From Clostridia bacterium (GTDB lineage Bacteria > Bacillota > Clostridia > TANB77 > CAG-465): DNA of 64,000 nucleotides. Where the stretch lies: the NCBI GenBank assembly GCA_045537895.1, contig JAZSQI010000042.1:7111-71110 (forward strand), written 5' to 3'. The notes under the pieces are model-generated. The model was not told the origin of the DNA and ran no database searches. It saw only the letters and a list, made by a program, of their open reading frames with translations. Both the position numbers and the translations under genes were made by a program. Shown here piece after piece: positions 27,991 through 36,352 of this stretch (within the stretch, counting starts at the first letter, position 1; every line of letters starts with the position of its first letter).

Positions 27991-28809
27991 TTACATAAAT
28001 CCTAATATTAAAGCAATAAATACTATAAGTAACACTACTAACCAACCAATCAAAATCAAAGATAATGTTTTCTTAGCTTGATTTTTTACCATACTTTTTA
28101 CTTTTTCTACATCTCTTTCAACGTTTTCAAAATAATCATCTGCTCCAAAATTATTTCTTACCCAATTAGAATCATAATATTTATTTGCTTTTGAATAAGT
28201 TTTTGTAAATTTTACTTCTGCACCTTTATTTGATATATAACTTGAATTAAATCTTACTCTATCTAAATATATTACTAACATCGAAAGTGAGTCTGCAAGT
28301 TCCTTGTATTCATCAAATAAATAAATTCTATATTCGTCTTTACCACCATATATAGCTTGTGATTTTAGCAATTCACCTATTTGTTTGTCCCCATCATATA
28401 TTGGCATATGCAAGATATATCCATCATTTATTGAATAACAATTTATTATTTTATCTTTATATTTTATAATATATGAATCTTCAAACAAATCTCTCATTTC
28501 AAAATATATAGAAAATTGATCTTCATCATTATTATTAGTTACTATATATTGATCAAACTTTTGAGAATTAGTAACTAAATATTTTAAAGGAATAAATTCT
28601 TCTATTTTATTACCTATATAATTATATTTTGTTTTATATACTTCATTTCCCTCTAAATCAAATATTTTTAATTCTCTTAATTTATCTAATCCCATCGCAC
28701 CTGATATTTTTATAAAAGGTGTTTTTGCTTTATATACTACATTATCATCATATATAATTTCAAATTCATTTTTATTCTCTGCTAATGTTTGTTTAATATC
28801 TATAACCAT
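27991..28809 (-). CDS. Hypothetical protein with a C-terminal TM anchor
   Basis: 272-aa ORF with a C-terminal helix (LSLILIGWLVVLLIVFIALILGF). Confidence 0.45.
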   Translation of the reverse strand: MVIDIKQTLAENKNEFEIIYDDNVVYKAKTPFIKISGAMGLDKLRELKIFDLEGNEVYKTKYNYIGNKIEEFIPLKYLVTNSQKFDQYIVTNNNDEDQFSIYFEMRDLFEDSYIIKYKDKIINCYSINDGYILHMPIYDGDKQIGELLKSQAIYGGKDEYRIYLFDEYKELADSLSMLVIYLDRVRFNSSYISNKGAEVKFTKTYSKANKYYDSNWVRNNFGADDYFENVERDVEKVKSMVKNQAKKTLSLILIGWLVVLLIVFIALILGFM

Positions 28810-28859
28810 ATATACTCCTTATACAAGTGTGTTTTTTTTTATTTCATTTTTATATATTA

Positions 28860-29795
28860 TCATTTAACACGACTATACATTAATTCACACGTTGTTTCAC
28901 TTTTATTTGAAATAATGTCATATTCATACCAACTACCAAAAGAATTTAACAAATAATTAGTATTAATAAAAACATATTTATTTATAAACTCTTTATATTC
29001 TTTATTACTCCCACTATCTACTTGATATATTGTAAATTTAACTTTATCTTTATTTAAACTTTTTCTTACTTCTTCTGCTAATGATTTCATTGAATCCAAA
29101 GTAACTTTCTTGTTTATTAAAATATCACAAAAAATTTCATTATCTTCATCTGAAAATCCCCAGCAAACATCTGAGCCAATCAAATTTGTATCTATTCCTA
29201 ATTTCTCTGCTGTATCATAAATATAATTTCTACCTTTCCAACCATTTATATCCTGTATATAACCCCCATCATTATCAGGATTTACCCTTAAACAAGTATA
29301 AACTTCTGGGTATTCATCAGAAAAAGCATATACAGTTGAAACTTCATATACATTCTTTTCAACTTCACTATAAGAACATCCAATATAATTAAAATTAACA
29401 TTATATTTTTCTTCATATTTTGAAATTATATCATTAACTCTTTCTTTATCTTTCATTGTTTTAGGTTCATTTTTCATCCACTTTGGAATTTCATAATATT
29501 TTACATTATTTTCTTCTAATACTATTTCACTATTATTTATAGAGTCATCAATACCATTCCCTATATCCATTTCAATACAAACAAACATAAATGAAATTAC
29601 TGCTCCTATAATTCCTAAAACCATACCTGCTGTCGCCAAAGAGCCTTTCTTCGATATTACCGAAAATATTATTGATACTATCGCACATATTAAACAAAAT
29701 TTTGGCATCAATATCGCTAAAACTAACGAAAATAATCCTAAAACAAATGATGCTATTCCTAATCTTTTATTTCCCTCTTGTACATTATTTTCCAT
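28860..29795 (-). CDS. Membrane protein with a DUF4190-like N-terminal module (paralog A)
   Basis: GIASFVLGLFSLVLAILMPKFCLICAIVSIIFSVISKKGSLATAGMVLGIIGAVISFMF, followed by a unique extracytoplasmic domain. Confidence 0.55.
   Translation of the reverse strand: MENNVQEGNKRLGIASFVLGLFSLVLAILMPKFCLICAIVSIIFSVISKKGSLATAGMVLGIIGAVISFMFVCIEMDIGNGIDDSINNSEIVLEENNVKYYEIPKWMKNEPKTMKDKERVNDIISKYEEKYNVNFNYIGCSYSEVEKNVYEVSTVYAFSDEYPEVYTCLRVNPDNDGGYIQDINGWKGRNYIYDTAEKLGIDTNLIGSDVCWGFSDEDNEIFCDILINKKVTLDSMKSLAEEVRKSLNKDKVKFTIYQVDSGSNKEYKEFINKYVFINTNYLLNSFGSWYEYDIISNKSETTCELMYSRVK
29511..29789. repeat. About 279-bp direct repeat (copy 1), encoding the shared N-terminal module
   Basis: Near-identical to 31494-31772 at the nucleotide level. 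Confidence 0.75.
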
Positions 29796-29807
29796 AAATT
29801 ATCCCTC

Positions 29808-30296
29808 TTAATAACCTAATTCTTTTAAAATGTCTTTTACATTATCTTTATATTGTTCATCAACATTAACATATACAACTGTATTATTTATTCTTGAAAC
29901 AACCATATACTTATTAGCAGATGTTAATGTATATTTAGCATGATTACTAAATTCACTACTTGTAGATGTTGAAACACTTGTTTTATTTTGTTCAAATAAT
30001 GTTTTATTGGTATTAAAGAAATATGTGGCACTAGAATCATCAGATAAAGTATAAAACTCTATTTGATATAACTTATCACTTGTAGTAGCTAGATATACTT
30101 TGCTCACATAGTCATACTCTGAAAATTGACTTGTTGCATCAGCTATTAAGTACCCCTTATCTTGCATTATAATTTTAAATTCTTCTGCTGTTATTGATTC
30201 TTTCTCTCTATTCATTAGCGAAAATGCAGTAAAACCTGCAACTATTGTTACTAAAACTAACAATACTATTGATATTATTACTATTGTTTTTTTCAT
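29808..30296 (-). CDS. Membrane-anchored hypothetical protein
   Basis: N-terminal TM helix or signal peptide, 162 aa. Confidence 0.45.
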   Translation of the reverse strand: MKKTIVIISIVLLVLVTIVAGFTAFSLMNREKESITAEEFKIIMQDKGYLIADATSQFSEYDYVSKVYLATTSDKLYQIEFYTLSDDSSATYFFNTNKTLFEQNKTSVSTSTSSEFSNHAKYTLTSANKYMVVSRINNTVVYVNVDEQYKDNVKDILKELGY

Positions 30297-30314
30297 ATAA
30301 AATTCCCCCTAAAA

Positions 30315-31085
30315 TTAATTATTAAAATCATTATAATATGTTCCTCTAGTATACTCCCAAATATAAGCATTGTTGATATGCATAGCTTCATTTTCTAAAC
30401 TACGATCTGAAATATATTCTATTGAAGATGCATTACAATCTTCAATAGATTTGTAATTTATCAACATTACTTCATTTCTTTTATTAAATATGGATAATTG
30501 TTGGTTTTCAATATTATTTATACTTGCATTATTAGTATAATCTAATTTTATGTCCATAGATATTTCACTTATATTATTTTTATCATAATATTCTTCTATT
30601 AAACCTCTGCACATTTCTTTATGATTTTTATACCAACTTTCACCATATTTAATATCATACCTATATGGCTCTACACCTACTATATTTTTAACTTCATTTA
30701 TTATATCTGATACTATTTCGTCATATTGATAGTTATCACTACCTGATTCGGATGCTTGGCTACCTAATATATATACATAGAACTCTTTGGTGTTATATTC
30801 CATTTTTACATATACCCATCCCGATGGCTGTCTTTTTGATTTTATATCTGGAATCGGTCCATTTTCAACATAATCATCTTCTACTGATATTACATTTGGA
30901 ATAAATCCATATTTATTATATATATAATTGATAGCATTTTGTTTTCCAAATTCTGCATATTCACTTACTTTTTCTGCACTAGAAAATATTTTATTTCCTA
31001 CACACATAACTATGATAACCAATAATACTATTCCTAATATAATAAATACTTTCAACCCTTTTTTATTTCCCATTTTCATATTCAA
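30315..31085 (-). CDS. Membrane-anchored hypothetical protein
   Basis: N-terminal TM helix, 256 aa. Confidence 0.45.
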   Translation of the reverse strand: MNMKMGNKKGLKVFIILGIVLLVIIVMCVGNKIFSSAEKVSEYAEFGKQNAINYIYNKYGFIPNVISVEDDYVENGPIPDIKSKRQPSGWVYVKMEYNTKEFYVYILGSQASESGSDNYQYDEIVSDIINEVKNIVGVEPYRYDIKYGESWYKNHKEMCRGLIEEYYDKNNISEISMDIKLDYTNNASINNIENQQLSIFNKRNEVMLINYKSIEDCNASSIEYISDRSLENEAMHINNAYIWEYTRGTYYNDFNN

Positions 31086-31121
31086 CTCATTTCATATAAT
31101 ATAGTGTATTAAATTGCATTT

Positions 31122-31799
31122 TTATTTTACCTTTTCTAAAAAATACATAGAACCTGTTATTTCACTTAGTATTACACCTGATATATTATCATTTACTACA
31201 CCCATTTCATATGTATTTCCATAAGGCTCATCTTGTAAAACACCATTGTTATAGTACTCATCCCCTGTTATAGCTACTCTATAATAAGAACAATTTTTTC
31301 CATAATTAGTCTTGTGTAAATCTTCAAAAGTATAAGTTCCTTTAATATAATTTTTATCTAAATTACCATATTGTCCCCAAGTAAAATTATAATCTTCATC
31401 AAGTATAAAAACAATTGAGTAATCACCATTTTCTAATGATGTTAAATCACCTGCTCCATACCAAGTTCCTATAATTTTGTTTCTTGGATCTTCCTCTTCT
31501 AATACTATTTCACTATTATTTACAGAGTCGTCAAAAACAGTCCCTGTATCCATTTCAATACAAACAAACATAAACGAAATTACTGCTCCTATAATTCCTA
31601 AAACCATACCTGCTGTCGCCAAAGAGCCTTTCTTCGATATTACCGAAAATATTATTGATACTATCGCACATATTAAACAAAATTTTGGCATCAATATCGC
31701 TAAAACTAACGAAAGTAATCCTAAAACAAATGATGCTATTCCTAATCTTTTATTTCCCTCTTGTACATTATTTTTTTCATTTACTATATTTTCTTCCAT
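31122..31799 (-). CDS. Membrane protein with a DUF4190-like N-terminal module (paralog B)
   Basis: The same roughly 93-aa N-terminal module as 28860..29795, with an unrelated C-terminal domain. Confidence 0.55.
   Translation of the reverse strand: MEENIVNEKNNVQEGNKRLGIASFVLGLLSLVLAILMPKFCLICAIVSIIFSVISKKGSLATAGMVLGIIGAVISFMFVCIEMDTGTVFDDSVNNSEIVLEEEDPRNKIIGTWYGAGDLTSLENGDYSIVFILDEDYNFTWGQYGNLDKNYIKGTYTFEDLHKTNYGKNCSYYRVAITGDEYYNNGVLQDEPYGNTYEMGVVNDNISGVILSEITGSMYFLEKVK
31494..31772. repeat. About 279-bp direct repeat (copy 2)
   Basis: Near-identical to 29511-29789. Confidence 0.75.
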
Positions 31800-31836
31800 A
31801 TATAACCTCCACCTTAATTATTTACTATCTTATTTT

Positions 31837-33288
31837 TTATTCAATACTCATTCCCTGTTCTTCTATTTGCTTTTGTATATTTTTTTCTTCTAGTTTTTCA
31901 TTAGCCTCCATATATTCTTTGTCTGATGTGGTTTGTTCTTGTAATTCACTTGAAAAATCTTTTGGAGTATATGCTTCATTTCTACTTGCAACTGACTTTG
32001 TTGTATATTGTCTTAATTCATCAGTATGCTTTGATTTCTCTGCTTGACTTTGTTCTAATTTAGTCTTTGCTTCTTGTAATTGTTCTTTTGCTTCTTGTAT
32101 TTCTTTTTCTAATTTATCTATTTTTTCTTGTATGTTTTTACCCTCTGCAAATTTTTCTAAATCACTTTTATCTTGTCCAATTTCACTTCTAACAGATAGA
32201 AGAACTGATAATTCATCTTCTTTTGAGCTTATTTGCATTTCTAAATCACCAATTCTACTTTTATCACCTTCAACCACTTTCCTATCTTCTACTAGACCAC
32301 AAAGTTTTTGAACATTATTTTTTGCCATTGGCTTTCTTACTTTATTTTCTAATTTTTTAATTGTTTTTTCTTCTTTTTGTTTTAATTTATGAAGTGCTTT
32401 ACAAAGTTTTGCATATTCTTTTGATCTATCTTTTTTATTTTCATCTATTTGATTCTTATCTTTATCATCAACTTCAAATCTGCTTAAAACATCTTCTATT
32501 TTTTTAACTATTAATTTGTGTTTAGAAATATCACCATAAAGTTCAGAGCATTTATCTAAATCTTTTTTCATACTATCTGAAATATTAAATTCATTTTCAG
32601 GATTCATAACTTCCTGTATTTGATTATATCCATCAATAGAACTTAAAATATCGTTTTTTTCTTGTTCTAATTGTTCTAGGTTTTGCTCTTTAGGATAGTT
32701 TTGTTCAATTTCATTATGTTTTTTTATAGTCATATCCTTAAAAGTTTGGTCTGAAAAATCACTTTTTCTAAATACTTGCTTACCATCATTATTTATAACA
32801 TAAGCTGCTTCTCTAGTTAATGTTTTCTCAAATACTGCAAAAGCATCATTTACTTCTTTTTCTATCTTTCCAAACTCTTTTTTAAATGTTGCAGTTATTT
32901 TATCTTTACTAGCATCTCTCGGATCAATACCTCTTGCAAGTGATAAATTAGATATTAAATTAGTATCACCAAAATACTGTGCTCCTCTTTTTTCTGCACT
33001 TCTTTCATAACTATGATATGTACCTTTAATAGCATTTTGTTTCTCTACAAGTTCCCCTTGTTTCTTTTGAAAGTGTGCAACTTGTCCTTCTAAATATTCT
33101 TTTTTATCTGCTATTTGTTTTGCTGAAAGTCCTCTTGTAGCATCACTATCTCTTCTTCCTAATTCTCTTATTTCTTTTTTTGTTTTCTGAATTTGCTCTG
33201 CATAAAACACACTTCCATGTTCTATTGCCCATAGTGCCTCTTCATATGCTTTTTCTTGTTTTTCTATTTGTTCCATATATATCACCAA
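31837..33288 (-). CDS. Long coiled-coil protein, hypothetical
   Basis: 483 aa, K/E/Q-rich with heptad character and no TM helix. Confidence 0.45.
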   Translation of the reverse strand: MVIYMEQIEKQEKAYEEALWAIEHGSVFYAEQIQKTKKEIRELGRRDSDATRGLSAKQIADKKEYLEGQVAHFQKKQGELVEKQNAIKGTYHSYERSAEKRGAQYFGDTNLISNLSLARGIDPRDASKDKITATFKKEFGKIEKEVNDAFAVFEKTLTREAAYVINNDGKQVFRKSDFSDQTFKDMTIKKHNEIEQNYPKEQNLEQLEQEKNDILSSIDGYNQIQEVMNPENEFNISDSMKKDLDKCSELYGDISKHKLIVKKIEDVLSRFEVDDKDKNQIDENKKDRSKEYAKLCKALHKLKQKEEKTIKKLENKVRKPMAKNNVQKLCGLVEDRKVVEGDKSRIGDLEMQISSKEDELSVLLSVRSEIGQDKSDLEKFAEGKNIQEKIDKLEKEIQEAKEQLQEAKTKLEQSQAEKSKHTDELRQYTTKSVASRNEAYTPKDFSSELQEQTTSDKEYMEANEKLEEKNIQKQIEEQGMSIE

Positions 33289-34388
33289 ACCCTCATATTT
33301 ACTTTATCATTTCCAAAAAATATTACTTTCCTATTAATTTCTTCATCAATGCCAATTCCTTTATATTCATTATTTATACTATTATATGTATCTTTACTAA
33401 CTTGAATAAAAACTATGGCACTATTTCCTTTAAGTTCCCTTAACTCTTCTGCTATTGCTTTAATATCATTATCATTTAGTTCTTCTTTTGTTATAATAGT
33501 TGTACTTGTATATATTAAATTCTTATTCATTGCATCTTTTAATAAAGTATCTTTGTTTACATTATCGTCAAAATAATATAAAGAATCATATTCTATTTTA
33601 AATATATATTCTTTAAAATATTTGTCTATACTGTCTTTTATATTTTTTTCATATTCATCTTTTATTAGCAAATTATAATATCCCTCACCTACATCCAATT
33701 TTCGATTAACTATAACCTCAAATGATGCCTCTTTTCCTAGTCTTCTAGGATATACTGTTAATATACAATCACCTGCATATACATTCCCTGATATTTCCTG
33801 TGGATTCTGCTCTATATAGCAATCATCTATTATAAATTTTTCATTGTATCTTCTAGATAATTCTTTTATTGCCACATTTTTTGACTGTTTTGTTGTTAAA
33901 TCAAAATTACAACCATATCCTAGAATTAATAGAAATTGTTTCCATTGATCTTTTACTTCTTCATATTTTAATTTGTTTTCATCACCACAAATTTTATTTT
34001 TCCCATCATCAAAACAAGCATAGTATTTATCATCTATATATGATATATATGAGCTTGATCTATATTCCCTATCATATGGCGTTTTAGGAATCTCTATATT
34101 TAATTTTTCTAAATCTTCTATCTCATATACTCTATCTATATTTTTATTTTCATATTCTTTTAATTTACCAATAATATCTTTTACTTGTTTCTTCATCTGT
34201 CCTTTTTCAGTAGAGAAAATATTCTCTAAAAAATTTCTTGTAATGTTATTCTTCTCATCTATTCTAACTACTGCTATAGAAAGAAATACCACTACAAATA
34301 TAATCAAAATAGCACTTAACATTTTTGTTATATGACTTCTTCTTTTTTCTGAGTTATTCTTATTATCTTGTTTATTTATATCATCCAT
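33282..34388 (-). CDS. Membrane-anchored hypothetical protein
   Basis: N-terminal TM helix (MLSAILIIFVVVFLSIAVV), 368 aa. Confidence 0.45.
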   Translation of the reverse strand: MDDINKQDNKNNSEKRRSHITKMLSAILIIFVVVFLSIAVVRIDEKNNITRNFLENIFSTEKGQMKKQVKDIIGKLKEYENKNIDRVYEIEDLEKLNIEIPKTPYDREYRSSSYISYIDDKYYACFDDGKNKICGDENKLKYEEVKDQWKQFLLILGYGCNFDLTTKQSKNVAIKELSRRYNEKFIIDDCYIEQNPQEISGNVYAGDCILTVYPRRLGKEASFEVIVNRKLDVGEGYYNLLIKDEYEKNIKDSIDKYFKEYIFKIEYDSLYYFDDNVNKDTLLKDAMNKNLIYTSTTIITKEELNDNDIKAIAEELRELKGNSAIVFIQVSKDTYNSINNEYKGIGIDEEINRKVIFFGNDKVNMRVW

Positions 34389-34454
34389 AATTTCAACCTC
34401 TAAAACTCTCTCATATATGAATATATCATTTATAATAAACTTTTACAACATTTT

Positions 34455-34506
34455 TTGACGATTTTTCGTCAATTCATTAACGATTTTTCGTCGTCGTTTT
34501 TTCGTC
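34455..34506. promoter_or_regulatory. Operator-like inverted and direct repeats (TTGACGA-N4-TCGTCAA and related copies)
   Basis: ttgacgatttttcgtcaa at 34455-34472, taacgatttttcgtcg at 34478-34493 and cgttttttcgtc at 34495-34506. They lie upstream of the XRE gene, and an extended -10 (tgttatact) follows. Confidence 0.45.
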
Positions 34507-34546
34507 TGTTTTGTTATACTCTTTTATATGATAAGGAGTTGATATT

Positions 34547-34780
34547 ATGACCCTTTCACAAGCTGTAAAAGAAAGAATATTACAACTTGCTTCTGAAAGA
34601 AAAATAACTTTACACAAACTTTCTTTAGAATCAGGCATTACATATTCTACTTTAAGTAGTTTTATTAATGGAAAATGTAAAAATCCAAATCTTGCAACAA
34701 TATTACATTTATGCGAAGGACTACAAATAGAACTTAGTGAATTTTTTAAAGATGAAATTTTTAAAGATGTTGAAGAATAA
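34547..34780 (+). CDS. XRE-family HTH transcriptional regulator
   Basis: ERKITLHKLSLESGITYSTLSSFINGKCKNPNLATILHLCEGLQIELSEFF. Confidence 0.75.
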   Translation: MTLSQAVKERILQLASERKITLHKLSLESGITYSTLSSFINGKCKNPNLATILHLCEGLQIELSEFFKDEIFKDVEE

Positions 34781-34848
34781 AATAGTGGTAATTATTTTTT
34801 TATTTACCACTATTTTCATTATTAATTATATATATTATTTTTATTATA

Positions 34849-35187
34849 CTATTTCATGCATTCTATTATCAAAGTTACTCCTGCTTTTAACCCCACCTTA
34901 TAATACCTTTCGTTAAGAAAACTTGTTTCCTTTCTTAATTCTTCTTTGTAATTAGTAATCAGATCAATTATTTCTTTTACCTTTTCTTTATCTGGTATAA
35001 CATTTTCTAACTTGTTCTTAATATTATTTAATTCTTTTTCTTGCGAATTATATAATATTTTTAGAGAATTTTTTGTCTTTTCATCAACTATACAATTTTG
35101 CTCCTGAAAATCATATATAAGATTTAATATAGTATCATTATTATCATATCCTAGCATTTTTTCTAACATAATATCACTCCTCCACAC
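34849..35187 (-). CDS. Hypothetical protein
   Basis: 112-aa ORF with RBS GGAGGAG and promoter P1 upstream. Confidence 0.45.
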   Translation of the reverse strand: MWRSDIMLEKMLGYDNNDTILNLIYDFQEQNCIVDEKTKNSLKILYNSQEKELNNIKNKLENVIPDKEKVKEIIDLITNYKEELRKETSFLNERYYKVGLKAGVTLIIECMK

Positions 35188-35199
35188 CTACTGTGTGTG

Positions 35200-35228
35200 A
35201 TATTAACTCTAATTGTAGTCATTGTCAA
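35200..35228 (-). promoter_or_regulatory. Promoter P1 (TTGACA-17-TAATAT) with the extended shared motif AGAGTTAAYATCACACACA
   Basis: The minus strand reads gttgacaatgactacaattagagttaatatcacacacag. Confidence 0.5.
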
Positions 35229-35235
35229 CACTTTG

Positions 35236-35632
35236 CCCAAAACTTCTCAAATCTTCTGAAACCCTGAAATTTTTGAGTGAGCAAGTGGTGTATTATCCCC
35301 ATATGTTCAAAAAAGATAATACACCATATCGAAACCCCTCATTCCGTCGTTTCGCTCATGGTAGTCTAGTATATAGTAAAACTATTGCAGATGCTGTTAA
35401 TTTAATAACTTGTCCATACTTGCCCAAACTTTTTACATCTACATATCCACTTACAAGCTTTGCCTCCTGAAACTCTTTTTTTATTGTGAGTTTTCGTTAC
35501 GAGATCTCACCGACACATATAGTTTTAATAGACCTTTAAAACTACTGCAGGTCACTTATTGCAACAGCTGACCAAACTTATCCCTTTGTTGTTTTAAAAC
35601 GAGTTTAAGGCATCTCTCGTTTATATATAAAA
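35236..35632 (-). other. About 400-nt non-coding, relatively GC-enriched, hairpin-rich region. It may be an ncRNA or a cis-acting site; the strand is uncertain.
   Basis: No credible ORF in any frame. Several 5-10 bp stems are present, for example gtgtattatc...gataatacac, ggtca...tgacc and gtgag...ctcac. It also contains a degenerate copy of the P1 -35 region. Confidence 0.3.
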
Positions 35633-35660
35633 GGCTCTAGCCTTTTTATCAGCTAGAGCC
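35633..35660 (-). terminator. Intrinsic terminator of the 91-aa gene
   Basis: A 9-bp stem (ggctctagc / gctagagcc), followed on the minus strand by TTTTAT. Confidence 0.65.
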
Positions 35661-35666
35661 GTATTG

Positions 35667-35942
35667 TTAACTTACAAATTGTAATATTCCTTTATTTATG
35701 ACCTTAACATTATTTTCAGTTTCAAATTGCTTTATAGCATCTTTTATAATTTGTTCCTTTTCATCAAGTGTGAAATACTCTTGATTAGCAGAATCATATA
35801 ATTGCTCCATGTCTCTCTTCTTATCAAAAAAATAACTCTCTGTTATCTCTTTACTAAGTGCTTGAACTAAACAATCGTATCTTCCTTTATGCACCTTATC
35901 CTGCATAATATCATATTTTTTATTAGAATCCATAGTTAACAC
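35667..35942 (-). CDS. Hypothetical protein
   Basis: 91-aa ORF with RBS GGGAGGTG and promoter P2 upstream. Confidence 0.45.
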   Translation of the reverse strand: MLTMDSNKKYDIMQDKVHKGRYDCLVQALSKEITESYFFDKKRDMEQLYDSANQEYFTLDEKEQIIKDAIKQFETENNVKVINKGILQFVS

Positions 35943-35964
35943 CTCCCTCTTATGTTGTGTGTGA

Positions 35965-35993
35965 TGTTAACTCTGCTTTAATCCTTTGTCAAC
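35965..35993 (-). promoter_or_regulatory. Promoter P2 (TTGACA-17-TAACAT), sharing the extended motif with P1
   Basis: The minus strand reads gttgacaaaggattaaagcagagttaacatcacacacaac. Confidence 0.5.
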
Positions 35994-36020
35994 TTATTTT
36001 ACTTAATTTATATTCTTTTC

Positions 36021-36305
36021 TCACTCATATTCTTCAGCTGAATAACTAGGACAAAAATCAGTATAAAAAACTATATCAAAATTACCATTTTCATCTAGCT
36101 CTATATATGATATTCTTTCATCTTCTGCAATTTCTTCTACTATCTCTTGTTTAAATTCACTTATATTTTTATATTTATTTGATTCTACTATAATATTAAA
36201 TCCCCATATACCATTTATTGCATCTTCTATAATCTTACCTGCATAGAATTTAATCATTTCTTCTTTTGTCATCTCAACATTATATTTTTTCAAATTTACC
36301 CCCAT
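36021..36305 (-). CDS. Small acidic protein, hypothetical
   Basis: 94 aa, ending in SAEEYE. Confidence 0.45.
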   Translation of the reverse strand: MGVNLKKYNVEMTKEEMIKFYAGKIIEDAINGIWGFNIIVESNKYKNISEFKQEIVEEIAEDERISYIELDENGNFDIVFYTDFCPSYSAEEYE

Positions 36306-36352
36306 AATATTTATAGAGAGAGTTCACATGAACTCCCTCTACTTCCACTCTT

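Noticed and set aside
31477-32047. 138-aa and 130-aa plus-strand ORFs spanning the 31122..31799 / 31837..33288 gene boundary.
   Set aside because: They are antisense to two well-formed minus-strand genes and have low-complexity hydrophobic translations. Spurious.
35222-35470. An 82-aa plus-strand ORF in the long intergenic region.
   Set aside because: It has no RBS or promoter, and its composition is unlike any neighbouring gene. It overlaps promoter P1 on the other strand. The region is better described as non-coding (see the finding).
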